Source: Microthyrium microscopicum
Taxonomy: Eukaryota
NCBI GenBank assembly: GCA_010405405.1
Contig: MU004236.1
Location: 570,576 to 634,575, forward strand
Length of the DNA stretch: 64,000 bases
Direction: 5' to 3'
A program made the translations under genes and the position numbers. Positions 48,312 through 61,345 of this stretch are shown piece by piece. Numbering within the stretch: the stretch's first letter is position 1; each line of letters opens with the position of its first letter. A model generated the notes under the pieces. That model searched no databases. It had not been told where the DNA came from and worked only from the letters and a program-made list of their open reading frames with translations.

Positions 48312-49332
48312 TCAAACCTTCTTTTGAGAGTTTCGGTGAGACATCTGGTCCCACCAATATACCCCCTTCTTTTGCTCATCATCAGCTTTCTTCTCGTCGT
48401 TTCCAGCGGTACCTGAGTCATTTGGATCTTTGGAAATGATCTTTTCCACCTGTTCTACAGCTCTTTCAATCTCAACTGCCATTTCTTCGACGCCATATGC
48501 AGTCGCAATGGTTCTCCCACTGTTTATGTTCAGAAGCAATACATCAGCCTCTCCGCTTTCTAGACGCTTCTTGGCGTCCAACTCGGCGTTTATGGCAGAT
48601 CCATCGGCATCTGGAAATTCTTTGGTGTAAATATCATCCAGTTTTGGGGAAGCTTTGGCTGTGAACAGATTGTTCTTGACCAGAAATTCTAGATGCCGTG
48701 AGCCGAACAGAGCTCGATAATGTGACCATGCTCGGAACAACAGGTAGAAGCCGGGTATGTTTGGAATTCTGCAATCTGTTAGTCTTTGATATGGAGTAGC
48801 AAGAATGGGAGACAAACACTGGCAAAAGCGCAAATGGCAGTGTCAATGGTGCTCCTATGCCACATTGTATCATACGCGTCCGATGTAAATCCTGTCTCTC
48901 TGTCGCCAGTTTCCGTAAAATCTCAGGCACTTCAGCACGCGCCAGGAACGTAGGTGGAAAGAAAACAGGAACTGGGTTCTGTCCATATTTCACGAGCAAC
49001 TCCTCCTCGCGCTTCTGACTATGTGGCGGTATGCTTTTGAGTCCCCATTCTTGGTATGGTATTCGACGCAGGGCAGCGTTGCCATATGTAGTGAGGGTTT
49101 TACGCCAGCCTCCGTCGGCCTTCTCCCATGTTGTCCATGTTGTTGCCGCCTTGTTGGTTGCGCGGTCTACGAGGTTTGAGATCTTTGCAGATGCTGATGT
49201 GTCTGGCGGTGTCTGAGTTTTCGTATTATCGCCGGGGCCATTCTGGAGAGCTTTTAGAGCAGCGGGTTTGAACTGTTTGTCGCAATAAATCAAGGTCCGA
49301 CGCGCCGAGATGGGGAGGAGAAAGAGCCGCAT
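48312..49332 (-). CDS. Mitochondrial K+/H+ exchange-related protein (Mit_KHE1, YDL183C-like), 2 exons
   Basis: MRLFLLPISARRTLIYC, KAATTWTTWEK, RIPYQEWGLKSIP, PLTLPFALLPV-IPNIPGFYLLFRAWSHYRAL, EIERAVEQV. Confidence 0.85.
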
Positions 49333-49779
49333 TGGAGCCAAGCGTATGATGCAAAAAAGAGGGAAGTGAACCCTCAATGGGCTGTGGAGAATATCAAAAG
49401 GTCCAGTACTGAACGGACGGGCATGGCATAAACAAGGAAAAGGAGAAGTTGATGATGGGAATTTGTTTGGGGCCTTGGAATCTTTGACATGACGATGGTG
49501 GTTAGATCTTTGCAGGGATCCCTGTCCAGGATTTAAACAGGGATGGTCGATCTGGCTAGGCGGAAATCATCAACATTCAACCTTGGAAATTCAACACTAA
49601 GTCTATCACGACCAACAACGTGATCTTGAATTGTGGACCATACTCCAACCTCTCTCTCCGCCGCCACGCGTCCTCTCACAATGCCCAGATCATGACACGA
49701 GAACCTCGCTCCTCTCTATTATCCTCTCAATACCATCCTAATTCAACCACAACGACCGTCCCTACAAACAACCGCCATC

Positions 49780-50692
49780 ATGTCCTGGCTCCCACGCAGC
49801 CTAACCGCCAAACCCGGCAATGCAAAACTCGACGCCCAACTAGCCCACCTGCACAACGCAGAAATGCGCGAAGTCCCCTTCCCGACCCCAGTAACCCCCG
49901 CCATCGCCCGTGATGCCACCGCGCTCTTCCGCACCGAAGGCCCACGCCCACGCTTCGCAAAGAGCGAGGAGGAGCAGGCCCTGCGCGACGAATTCATGGA
50001 CCGGTACTTCAGCGAGGCGCAACTCAACGAGCTTCCAGATATAATGGCGCAGCGCGATGTCGTCGAGCCCGGAATGTGGCGACGACGGTGGAAGGTAATC
50101 ACATCCCCAAACTCCCCAGCCAATGTATGATATTAACAAAATATAGCGCCATATTCTCTCCAACCCACTAGTCCCCCTCCTCCTCCGAATCCTAATCCTC
50201 TCATTCATCCTCGGCGCCCTCTCCCTCGCCGTCAACCTGCACCGCACCGCCTCAACCTCCACCTGCACCCGCGGTCCCGACATAACCTACCTCGTCACCA
50301 TCCCCACCCTAACCGCCTTCCTCCTCCTAATAATCGCCGTCGACGAAGTCCGCGCACCGCCAATCGGCTTGCGAAAACGCATGACGAAATTCATGCTAAC
50401 GCTAATCGACGTGCTCTTCAACCTCCTGCTTGCCGCCGCCACCGCAATCGGCTGGAGCATGTATATTGGCGCGCACTGTGCAGATGAGGGCGCGAATGCG
50501 AAGATGCATCGGTTGGCGAGGGCGTTGAGTAGTTTGTTGACGGTGTGTTCGGTGCTGTGGACGGGGATGTTTGGGATTACGATTGCGCGGTTGTTGGCGC
50601 ATACGATGGGTGTGCCGGGGGGTGGGTCGAATCCGGTGACGATGAGGAGGAGGGGGACGGTTAGGAGCCGGAGGATGAGTGTTAGGTGGTGA
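49780..50692 (+). CDS. Srf1-like (phospholipase D regulator) multi-pass membrane protein, 2 exons
   Basis: Intron 50095-50146 joins to ILSNPLVPLLLRILIL, DEVRAPPIGLR, KFMLTLIDVLF, ARALSSLL; four TM segments. Confidence 0.65.
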
Positions 50693-51133
50693 AGAAGGAG
50701 AGCAAGAATGGGTTGCGTAATGATTGTTTTTTCCATAAGCGTTGGCGTTTTTGGATTCGGGTTTGGAAGGTTTATACCCCCATTGGAAGACATATGGCAT
50801 AGTTGGCTGGTTATGGTTTATATTTAATCCTGGTATAGTACAACTGGACTCGTACGAGTCGTAATATACACATAATATGTTTACATCAAAAGTTACAGTT
50901 GTGTGAAGAGCTTGAAGACTGGTTGTTTGATTATGATATGTTCATTTTTTTGCTATCGAAAGCGGGTATCATATAGCTACAGTTTTATATACAGTTGACC
51001 AAGTTGAAAACCCTTCATAAACAACATGAAGAAACTCAGGGAGGTTCCCAGATTAGGAACCTAAAACTAACTCGTCAACTGGCGAACATCAAGACATCCT
51101 TCATAATCATACACGTCCCATTTCCATGCCCAC

Positions 51134-53996
51134 TCAGCCCTCAGCTTCGTAGTTGTTGCTCTTGTGCTTTGGCGTAAAGCGAAATCCATCATTCGCCTTG
51201 CCCAAGAACATCTCACTAATCTTGATCCAATCCCTATGACTCGCACTCGCCATCAACGTCTCCAGATCATCGCGACCATGATAGGCTGGTGGACGCTCAT
51301 TCATAGCAGGCGGCATATGCTCAAGTAGGCCAATCGGAATATAGCGACAGCTGAACGACAACCATTCCAGCAAGAAGCGTCGAGTAGTGCCAATGCCCAT
51401 CTCATCCGAGCCCCAGCACTCGAGACCAAACTTGACGAACTGCTTGATGTATTCCAAACGTTCAGTGGCGCTCTTGTCTAGATACTGGCCAGCCTGGATC
51501 TCCTCAAAGAGCCATGGCTTGATGAGTGCGCCTCGACCAATCATGACAGCGTCGACCTTGGAATCTTTGATATGTTGGTTGTAGACTTCGTGGGAGTAAA
51601 TATCGCCGTTGCCGACAAAGAGGACGCGGCCTCCATTTGGCTGGTCTCGTGCATCAGCTTCGCGGATGGTGTCAGCTTGTTCTGCTTGCTCAGTTCGAAG
51701 ACGTTCGATGAGAGCAGAGCATTCGGCAATGTAAGGCCAGTCTGCAAGGCGAGTGTAGCGCTGCTGTCGGGTACGGCCGTGTAGAGTGATGGCAGCGACT
51801 CCGCAAGGACCTATACCTGACTCAATGGCATCTCGACCGCCTAAGACGAGACGTTTGATTGTGTTCGTAGCGGTCAGGGTTCTATCATGAGTTCCAGTAC
51901 GAAGTTTGGCAGTGATCGGTATTTCACCGGAGAGAGTGTTCATGCCGCGGATGATCTTCTCTAGTTTGGATGGTGCATCCAGCAAGGCGGACCCTGCTCC
52001 GGTTTTGAACAGCATGTCAATTGGACACCCGCAGTTGAGATCGATAGCTCGAACATAAGGGCAAAATTGGTTGAGAACGTCTGCAGCCTTGATTGCAACC
52101 CATGGTTTAGCAGCAGCAACTTGGACGCCAAATCGCATATCTTTCGAGTTATCGTATCCAGGAACAATGTTCGAAGCGTTTTGAGAAACAGTTGGTGGCT
52201 CAATCTCGCTTTTATGTGCTTTCATCAAGGCCCATTCCTTTTCGCCTGCAACAAGTGGAAGACCCAAAGCCATTTCAGAAAAGGTCATCTGAGCTCCCAG
52301 AGAGACACAAAGTCTACGAAATGGAAGGTTTCCTTGAGTCGTAAGAGGAGCCAAAATTGGAGTTTCAGGGCCATAGTAGAGACGACGTTTCTCTGAAGGA
52401 CGGAATGGCGGTTCAGTGTAGGAAGCTCGGTGATCTTCAGCTGCGGTTTTCTTCTCGGAGCTATCTTTAGCCTTCGCCTGAATATCGGATGTGGTGGCTT
52501 GCTTCTCCGCCGGAGTCTCGGCATCGTTGGTCGACTCGCTGATCGTGGCATCTTCCTGCTTTGGAGCAATGGAGGTAGTGTTTGTAGTGCCATCGACATT
52601 ACCCTCAGTCTTTGCTTCCTTGATTGAAGATCGAAGTGGTTCACGGATATTGTCGATTGTTGTGACGCTCCCGTCAGAGGTCTTAGGTCGTTTAGCATTC
52701 TCTTTTCCAGTAGTTGTAGCTTGGGCTGGAGTCTTTTTGGTCAAAGAGTTCCAACGATCAGCGACCGCTTGCTCTTTTTCTGTTAGAGTAGGCTGAATCT
52801 TGTTATGACGTCGGTCCATCTCCTTGTTCCAAGAATCGTTTTCCCATTGGATATATCGGTCCGATTTTGCTAGCACGATCCGACGACGATTGAGATCCTG
52901 AGTATGTTAGTGCAAGTTCAACCAAGATTATACAATAAGCTTTGAGGGGTGTCAGCTTACGATCTTGATCTGGTTGGGGAGGACATTGTAGACATCACTA
53001 TCCTTGCCACGAATTCCACTAGTTGCGCCGCCGGATTTCTGCTCGTCTACAATAAGCACAAGCTCCTTGCGACCATCCTCGTGCTCAACTTCTTTTGAAT
53101 GTGATCCAGCGAAACGACACTTCCATCCAGCAGGGCAAAAGCCTCGAGCATCGAATATGGGGCATTTGCCCTCGAATGTTTCCATGTCCTTGGCTTTGCC
53201 TTCAGCTAGATATTTGCGAAGGTTGTGTTCCAGTCGACAATTTTCGCCATACTGACACTCTCCAGGTGTGAACTCTGGAGAGAGGGCACGCGAGTTGCAG
53301 AGTGATATTTTGTCTCCCCAGGTACCAAATGCGCGCTCTTTGTTTTGACCACCTCCCTTCTTGCGGTCTTGCCAGTTGTCTTTACCACGTCCACCTCGTC
53401 CGCCTCGTCCACCGCGGCCTCCACGGCTTCCATAGGAATCGCGAGACTCGCGAGAATGTTCTTGGCGTTCGGAAGACTTTGCAGCTTCGGCTTCGTCGTC
53501 GTCACGATAGGTAGAAGTTTCAGCCGGAGGGCGCTGTATAAGGAATCTGTTTGTAATTAGTCTATTGGGTGATAAGTCAACTAAGCAAGGGTTGAACCTA
53601 CTCTTGTTTGATTGAGGCTACACCTTTTGGTCTAGAGTCGTTGCGCTCTGGTGGCTTGAAGTCGCTGCTTATTGGATTCAATGCCGAAGTAGCGGCTCCG
53701 TTAAAATTTTGATTATTCGAATGGCTAGTCGAACGACCATTAGATTTGCTGCCCTCCGCATTGAAAGATGCATCCGCAGAGCCATTGGGGTTGTTGTTCT
53801 TCGAGTTATGAGGGGCAGCAGCGGGTGCATTGGCTTCGGTGGACTTGCTCTCAGCCTTCTCTCCCGAATGTGACATTGTGCGTTGGCGCTTAGCTGGCGG
53901 AATGTCAAATTCGACAGAGTCAGAAGCAGGTCTATGATGAGACTCGAGAGAAGGGTTTTGGTGATCGGGTTGCATTTTGTCCTGTGAATTTCCCAT
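51134..53996 (-). CDS. DUS3: tRNA-dihydrouridine(47) synthase Dus3, 3 exons
   Basis: GVASIKQE exon, CCCH zinc fingers ([22 protein letters not shown]), [51 protein letters not shown], terminal FTPKHKSN. Confidence 0.95.
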
Positions 53997-54533
53997 GGTG
54001 GACAAATTGCAAAGTTTCGAAATGGATATTTTGAGAATGTGGGGATGTAGCTTCGCCTAGCGTTGAGTCGTGAATTGATTTCAGGTGCTCTGGTCGCATG
54101 CAACGCGCTATTTCAGATGTGAAGCGACCAAATTTCACGACTCGACTCAAGAACTCCCCAGTCACCTCGCAAAGAAAGAGTTAAAGGTTGTAGCTGCGAG
54201 AATTGTTGAGCATCACATCGAAGAGTTGAAAAGCCGAGTACCTGGTCATGCATTGCTGCCTGAGGCATTAGTAAGGCACAAGGAAGGAGCACTGTGGAGC
54301 CATGACGTGGGTCGCACTTGCCAATCACTCAGTCGCTCCTGCCACTTTCCAAGGTTGTCAAGCTCAGTCTGTCACTCTGTCTCCAAGTTCCAACACCCTC
54401 CAGAGTCCAGTCGCTCTTGCCTTTTAAAGCTCTTGCTTCATCCAACATTTGCTTCATCTACTTCCTCTAAATCCTTGATCTTGTAAACACTCATCCTACA
54501 TTCCAAACATCGAAATCTCTTCAACCGCCCATC

Positions 54534-55332
54534 ATGACGCTCTACTATACTCTCGTCTTCTTCCTCTTGATGGCTGAGATGGCTGGTATGTCTATACCCA
54601 ATCTTTTCGTCTCAAGCAAGCTAACTGACACATTTCAGTCTTCCTCACATTGGTTTTGCCCATGCCATTCGCCGTTCGTCGACGACTCTTCGTCTTTCTC
54701 TCCGAGAATCCCATCATAGCCAAGATACAATACGGCTTGAAGGTACATCTCAATAGTCCTCAATCACATGCCATCTAGTCTCTAACCAACATTTTAACAG
54801 ATCACTTTCATCTTCATCCTGATCTTGTTCGTTGACAGCGTTAACCGCGTCTACCGTGTTCAGCTTGAGGTCTCCAACGCCAACAATGATGGTCGTGGTT
54901 CGGCGTATGTGTACCACTCTATATCTACTAAACGCAATCTAATTTGACAGCAGAGCTGAAACTCTTGGAGGTGGTGTCCGAGCTGAAGTCCAAGCCCGCA
55001 AATTCTATGCTCAACGCAACATGTACCTCTGCGGCTTCACTTTATTCCTCTCTCTCATCCTCAACCGTACCTACGTCATGATTCTGGATACTCTTCGCCT
55101 AGAGGAAGAAGTCAAGCGCATGAAGGGTGACTCAGCCGCTGGAGGAAAGACTGGCAAGCAACTAGCAAGCGCTGGAGAGCCTGGCGAGATTGCCCGCCTC
55201 AAGAAGGAGCTACAGGCCGCACGATCAGACCTCTCCTCCATGAAGAGCCAAAGTGAGGGACTACAACGCGAGTACAATCGTCTTGGAGATGAGAAATCGC
55301 CCGTCGATGGCGTTGTCAAGAAGGATCGCTGA
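54534..55332 (+). CDS. BAP29/BAP31 family ER membrane protein (Yet-like), 4 exons
   Basis: MTLYYTLVFFLLMAEM, ITFIFILILFVDSVNRVYRVQ, EVQARKFYAQRNMYLCGFTLFLSLILNRT, coiled coil, C-terminal KKDR (KKxx ER retrieval). Confidence 0.93.
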
Positions 55333-55941
55333 ACATGACGAGCTCACCAACACTGGATGATCAAACCCAATGAGCCGGATGAAGCACAAGTGCAATCCCG
55401 AACGATGAACAGTGTCCTACCAAAAGTTATGCTGCGGGCACGTTCATGGATTTGAATATTATAATGGCATTCTAGCCTTTGTTGGAGTTGGGTTACAAAA
55501 GAGCCAAGGCGAGGCTGAATTATACTGTCAGGATTGAAGATGCATTTGATACTGTGTAAAGATACTGGGTGGTTTGCAGCAGGTTCATTGGAACGACTCA
55601 GACAGGAATATGATTTTACTACTTATACCACTATTGCCCTCTAAATTGCTCGACAAAGAACTGTGAGGGCCTGGTAATGTTGTTGTAAAGGCCACGACAC
55701 TGGTCAGCGATACCAGGCAACCAGGTCTAGGCCCTGTCAACCAAACCCTGTCAAAGCTCAAGCTCAGCTCCCCAGACCTTGAAACTTCCAGCATCAACCT
55801 GCAACCATCAACTTTGATCGTCAGGCTTAAATCAGATGTTGCCGAACCCCAATCCTTATATACCCCGACGCGTCCTTATCCTGTTGACATACTTTCCCTT
55901 CATCATTCGCTCATCACTTCTGACGGCTTCACTCCCTCAAT

Positions 55942-57927
55942 ATGGCTTTACCAAACCGCGAATACACAAATTGGCCCAACTCGCTCGAATGTAAACTTCC
56001 ATACGTTCCGCCTCCCAAGGGCGCCAACCCGGCTGTTCGTGGTACCATTTTAGCTGCTGGAGCTCCTCTGGTCGAAACGTTTGGCTTTGTAGCCAAGTAC
56101 CTCTATAATAATGCCGGCTTTAATACTCTTCGCGGCCACAAGGCTCTCAAGGATACGGAGAACCGATGGGATCCAACTGTTACACCATTACCTACAGCTG
56201 AAGAGAAGGACGTGTCAAGCTTGAATTATACTTCTCCCGATACGCTTTCCAAAAGTCTCCTCAATACTACGAATGGCGCGCCATTATATTGGAGTATTCG
56301 CGATTATCATCAGGCCTACAAGTCTGGCGAGATTACTCCAACTCAAGTCGTCAATGCCCTACTTCCTATCATCCGACGAGACGTAGCAAACAGGTCTGAG
56401 CACAGCACCGCGTTTCTCACTACAAAAGTCGACATCGTCCTCGCTGCGGCAGAAGCATCCACCAAACGATGGGCAGAGGGAAAGCCTCTAGGTCTTTTAG
56501 ACGGAGTCCCAGTAGCTGTCAAGGATGAAGTCGAGCTTGCCAACTACCCCCAGACTTTCGGCAGCAAGAAAGTCTTCGTCGCAAACAGCAGCGAAACTAC
56601 CTGGGCTATCCGCAAATGGGAAGAGCTCGGTGCTGTCGTCGTTGGCAAGACAAACATGCACGAAGTCGGCATGGACACCACCAACAACAACTGCGTCACC
56701 GGCACACCCCTCAACCCCTACAACGACCGCTACTACACTGGCGGTTCTTCTGGAGGTAGCGGCTATGCTGTGAGCACCGGTCTCGTGCCGTTCGCTCTAG
56801 GCAGTGATGGAGGCGGAAGCATTCGCATTCCCAGCAACTACTGCGGCGTCTTTGGCCTCAAGCCCTCGCAATCCCGCGTCTCCATTCGACCCTCCGTCAA
56901 CGTCGCCAATTCAGTCGTCGTCGCTGGCCCTATGGCCCCCGACGTGGAATCCCTCGAAGTAGCCTATCGCGTCATGGCCACGCCAGACCCAGAATACTCT
57001 GCCTCCGCACGATTCGCAGCGCCACGCCCACTCTCCGCACCACGCAAAAAGGTCCTAGGAATCCCAACAAAATGGTTCAACCAAGCAGATGAGCCCGTCC
57101 GTGCCGCATGTCAAGCCGCAGTCGACTGGTTCGTCAAAGAAAGCGGCTACACCGCCGTTGACATTGACATCCCACTCCTCAACGAAGGCCAGACCGCCCA
57201 CGCGCTCACCATCCTCCTTGAAGCACGCAACGGCATGCCAGCGCCCATGACCTACTTACAACCCGCAAACCGTATCCTAATGGCATTGGCAAAGGTTGCC
57301 CCAGCCAAAGATCTCTTCGCGGCCCAAAAAGTACGCCAAGTCATCATGCAGCATCTCGCTTACCTCTATGACACCCACGGCCACGACATGATTATCGTGC
57401 ACCCCACAACACCCAACGCTGGATGGTCCCATACGCCCGCTGATCTAAAGAAGGGCATATCAGATGGCGATATGACGCTGAAGAGCATGATGTATGTGTG
57501 GATGGCGAACTTCTGCGGCAACCCGTGCATGCAGATGCCAGTGGGCTTTGTGCCGCCGACAGTGGGTCATGGTGAGATTCCAGTTGGTATCTCGGGGATG
57601 GGTGTTTGGGGTGGAGAAGAGGGACTGATTGAGTGGGCGTACGAGGGCGAGAAGTATTTGCATGAGGTAAGGGCAGGTGGACGGTTGAAGAGCCCGAAGT
57701 GGGTGGATGTTATTGCTTTGGCTAAGGGTGGGCAGGAGAAGGGAAAGGAGTCTGTTGATTCGGTTTCTGGAGCGAAAGAGTCCACAGAGCCCAGTGTTGT
57801 TGCCGAGCCGGCAAAGGTTACTAACGGCGCGAAGACGGAGACTTTTGTGCCTGCGGAGACTGCTGAGACTACAGCAACGAAGACTCCTGACGTCGCGGCA
57901 CCAATTGCAGATGCAAAGGCTGCTTAG
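55942..57927 (+). CDS. Amidase signature family protein (fatty acid amide hydrolase-like), intronless
   Basis: LDGVPVAVKD (Lys), GKTNMHEVG, GGSSGGS, GSDGGGSIRIP (Ser-cisSer-Lys triad), GVFGLKPS. Confidence 0.92.
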   Translation: MALPNREYTNWPNSLECKLPYVPPPKGANPAVRGTILAAGAPLVETFGFVAKYLYNNAGFNTLRGHKALKDTENRWDPTVTPLPTAEEKDVSSLNYTSPDTLSKSLLNTTNGAPLYWSIRDYHQAYKSGEITPTQVVNALLPIIRRDVANRSEHSTAFLTTKVDIVLAAAEASTKRWAEGKPLGLLDGVPVAVKDEVELANYPQTFGSKKVFVANSSETTWAIRKWEELGAVVVGKTNMHEVGMDTTNNNCVTGTPLNPYNDRYYTGGSSGGSGYAVSTGLVPFALGSDGGGSIRIPSNYCGVFGLKPSQSRVSIRPSVNVANSVVVAGPMAPDVESLEVAYRVMATPDPEYSASARFAAPRPLSAPRKKVLGIPTKWFNQADEPVRAACQAAVDWFVKESGYTAVDIDIPLLNEGQTAHALTILLEARNGMPAPMTYLQPANRILMALAKVAPAKDLFAAQKVRQVIMQHLAYLYDTHGHDMIIVHPTTPNAGWSHTPADLKKGISDGDMTLKSMMYVWMANFCGNPCMQMPVGFVPPTVGHGEIPVGISGMGVWGGEEGLIEWAYEGEKYLHEVRAGGRLKSPKWVDVIALAKGGQEKGKESVDSVSGAKESTEPSVVAEPAKVTNGAKTETFVPAETAETTATKTPDVAAPIADAKAA

Positions 57928-58184
57928 GTTCGTATTGTACAGTATATTGTTCACATTTCGTTGTTTATATCTGCTTCTTATACCCTGAGCACCAAGTTAC
58001 GGTTCGATTTTGATAAAGTTTATTTAGTACACAATGCTTCCAAACGCAAGTCCTTTCTGCCATTACGATTGCCTAAAAGAAATGCTACTACATTATGCGT
58101 TTACAGGAACGATGCCAAAAGCTAAAGCTACTACAAAGTGTATCATACAAGGCCCCAGATCCAAGAAAACAAGTGTCTCCCCAT

Positions 58185-60113
58185 CTAATACGTTCCCAAA
58201 ATCTCCGGCAACTCATCCCCATCCCTCCTTAAATTAACCGCCGTCGCACTAGGAAACGGATTCGTCTTCGCATAATCATTAACAATCACCCTCTGACAAT
58301 GAAACATGCCAAACACAATCTGATGATACGGAATCCCATGTTCCTCCAACTGCTTCAGCGTCGCCTCTCTAAACGCCTCCGTCCGCGACGTCGTCAAAAT
58401 AATCTGCGTCCGTCCCTTCTCATACAAGCCTCGTAAGTGCTCTACGCTGCGGTTCAGCGGCGGCTTTTGGCCCCATATTTGCCCGAAATAGCCGCCGGCG
58501 TTCTTGACGAGTGTGCCGTCTATGTCGACGAAGAGGGAACGGAAGGTCCGGCAGTACGCTTCCCAGGCGCCGACGGTGCCCCAGTCTTCGTAGGCGTGGA
58601 CGGGGATGGAGAGGAAGTTTAGAGGTTTGGCGTCGGTGGTGGTGGTTATACCGAGCCAGGAGGTTATCATTTTTAGCCATACTACATCAGAGACGGCAAG
58701 TTCGACTTTTGTGGCGTATGAGATTCGTTGGAAATTTCGCGCTTTCGCTACGTGGTCGAGAAAATCTCGTGCCTCTCCAAATGAATATCCACCTACACAA
58801 AAGTTTGGGCCAAGGATGACTTTTTCGACAATGTTGTGGATTACGCCTTGGCGATCTACGTCGGCGTAGGATTTGCCGCCGGGGATGTTGAGGTTTTGCA
58901 TGTCCTTGTCGATTTCGAGGGTGGCGATTGCGTCGACGCCGGGGATGGCGCAGGCGAATTGGTTGTCGCAGTCTTTGAGGAAGATTGGACCGCTTACTTT
59001 GGCGTGCTTGAGGATACATTCGACGGTTTGTACTTGGTCGATTGTTTCAGTGTCGATTACGACGATTGTTAGGTCGAGGTTTGCGATTTCGGGGGACCCG
59101 TCTTCAAAGGCGCGGATTAGCGCTGAGACGTCGGAGGAGCAGTATTTTTCGACGTGTTCTTTTAGGACGCCGAGGACGATGCGGTGGACTTGGGTGAGGT
59201 TTAGTTTGGCGATGGCGTCGACGACCATTAGCAGGCCGTTGGGCATGGTTAGCAGCCATTTGGGCTTGTGGCCGGGGAAGCGCGAGCTGCGGCCGGCGGA
59301 GGGGATTACGAGGGTGGATGTTGGGGATGAGGTGGACTCGCGCTCGATGCGTGCTGGGCGGGTTACGACGATGGCGCCGGGGATGGGCTTGATGGCTGGG
59401 TGGTTGTCGCGGACGCCGAGATACATTTGCCGGCCAGAGTCTGATCGCTTGTGGCGGTTGACGAGGAGGCCGGTGTCTTCGAGTCTGGTTTCGTTTTTGA
59501 CGGATACTTCGTCTTCTTCGTTGATTGATATATCTTCGAGGGCGGCGAGAGCATCGGCTCCATGTTGGATTGAATCGCCGGCGAGACCATTAGTCTTTGT
59601 AAGGAGGCGCTTTTGGATTGCGAGGAGAGCAGTGAGGGTTGTGAGTTTGGATCGAACTTTGGTAGCTTTTGCTTTGGGGTCGTTGGTTACGGCGTTTGCC
59701 CGATCGAGACTGAGAGCAGAAAGACCGCCTAGGAAGAGGGAGACTGCTCTTGTGCTTGGTGTTTGATCGCTTTCGGGCCATGCGATATGTCGCCGTCCCA
59801 TATCTACAGGAACGTTCTCTGGAAGCCATACTGATTCCTTGATGCTCTTTTGGCCGCTTGAAGCACCGGCAGACGTGGCATTGAGTTTGACAGCCAAGAA
59901 GTTTGCAGTTTCCTCAATTGCCCATTCTAGCTCGTATCTTGAGCAGACTCGAAAGAAGTCTGCAAATGTGAAGCTGTATGATGGCTGTGTCTGTCCGTTC
60001 GTCACTGGACCACCAGACTTGACACCATTTCCATTCAGAAACCCATTTGCGATTTCCATTTTGATAGAAGCACTTCGTTGGCGAGCATCGGTGTCAATGG
60101 TATGACCGGCCAT
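58185..60113 (-). CDS. Fusion protein: unknown N-terminal region + nucleotidyltransferase (NTP_transferase/GT-A fold) + C-terminal HAD phosphatase, intronless
   Basis: LVIPSAGRSSRFPGHKPKWLL (AGxxxRF..PK signature), GPIFLKDCDNQF, NFCVGGYSF, YEDWGT, then FVDIDGTLV (HAD motif I DxD), ILTTSR, GIPYHQIVFG, VIVND. Confidence 0.85.
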   Translation of the reverse strand: MAGHTIDTDARQRSASIKMEIANGFLNGNGVKSGGPVTNGQTQPSYSFTFADFFRVCSRYELEWAIEETANFLAVKLNATSAGASSGQKSIKESVWLPENVPVDMGRRHIAWPESDQTPSTRAVSLFLGGLSALSLDRANAVTNDPKAKATKVRSKLTTLTALLAIQKRLLTKTNGLAGDSIQHGADALAALEDISINEEDEVSVKNETRLEDTGLLVNRHKRSDSGRQMYLGVRDNHPAIKPIPGAIVVTRPARIERESTSSPTSTLVIPSAGRSSRFPGHKPKWLLTMPNGLLMVVDAIAKLNLTQVHRIVLGVLKEHVEKYCSSDVSALIRAFEDGSPEIANLDLTIVVIDTETIDQVQTVECILKHAKVSGPIFLKDCDNQFACAIPGVDAIATLEIDKDMQNLNIPGGKSYADVDRQGVIHNIVEKVILGPNFCVGGYSFGEARDFLDHVAKARNFQRISYATKVELAVSDVVWLKMITSWLGITTTTDAKPLNFLSIPVHAYEDWGTVGAWEAYCRTFRSLFVDIDGTLVKNAGGYFGQIWGQKPPLNRSVEHLRGLYEKGRTQIILTTSRTEAFREATLKQLEEHGIPYHQIVFGMFHCQRVIVNDYAKTNPFPSATAVNLRRDGDELPEILGTY

Positions 60114-61345
60114 TATGGAAGAGGATATACGATGATAGGGATTTGGGATATGTCGTGTGGATGGAATCAGGATCGCTGTCAAGAACAAAGCGGAGTTAGG
60201 CTGATTATTGAAAGTTCGAATGAGTACAAAAAATTTAGAGTATGTGGTCAGGTAATTAGACCGACTGTATTACAGCCTTGTGAGTATCTAAACAAGCAAG
60301 GCGGCCCCTATTCTTCGCTAGTAACCCCTGAAAAGAGGAGTTGGAAAAGTCTAGAATCCTTCCACACTAAATTCTAAAGCGAGCTACGACTTGGCTGTGA
60401 ATTAAAATTGGCTTACGACTTCTCCACTGAAATGTCAAATGCGTCGTCGTCACCAATATAGAAATAAAAAACCTTAAAAAAGAACGAGAATACGGGTGTA
60501 CAAGTACAATGAAACATGAAGCTTTCCCAGAGACCAGGAATGGTATTGGTGACCATATTTGGTGTATCATACCACGCAGTGAAACCCTCTCCCTTCGACG
60601 TTGTGTAATTCCGCATGACTGTCCCTCACATCAGGCTATCGGCAAGGGAACAATGAAGTGACAAGAGCCTGTTTTTGCAAATTTTATGTCGCTCACAATG
60701 ATCACAGTGATCAATCACGGAGTCGCCGGAGTGAATGAACATCGAAATCAGTCCACACAACGGCAGCACAAACAGAAAACTATTCTCACACGGTGCTTTT
60801 CCTACCGCTCAAATACTGGCAGGATGTTCTGTCTTGATCTGCTGGAATAATAAGGGGAACGCTTTGTTAAGAACTCAAGTTGGACACGCTGTAGCTTTTG
60901 GATGGACGCCACGTTTAAGGCTGAGAAGCATTCCACTCCCACGCAAGTTCATTCGCCGAAACTACTTCCTTGTATCAATATTGGGATCGCACCAAACTGA
61001 ATCCGGCAGCGAGGGAGATCGGGTAGCAGGGGATTAAACCAGGAATGGAAGCATGGCGTGCATGGCTTGCACAATTAGACATGATTTGTTGTCGGGCTGT
61101 TATTTTTTTTGATACCGTATCTATCCACCGCTACTCTTAATTTGGTTCCGTTTCTCGTTGCGCGCTAGATTTATGGCTTTGATCTTTGACTTGGAAGGAA
61201 GATGGCCAGACCGCTTTGACTTTTAAAGCTTTCTATACCCGTAGAATCAAAATTTCCTCGAGATTTTGCAATACCTATCCCAACAAACGATTTACGACTT
61301 TCTATCTGGACCTTGGCAATTTCTCCGGCTTCAAAGATATCCAAC

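Noticed and set aside
55942..57927. Amidase as a member of the kinase/NTase/HAD system
   Set aside because: Only adjacency supports it; this is a common fungal amidase type and conserved linkage cannot be tested here.
58873..59766. 297-aa plus-strand ORF and other long antisense ORFs (e.g. 15533..16162, 57460..57954, 3034..3525)
   Set aside because: They are shadows of well-supported genes on the opposite strand, with no recognisable motifs.
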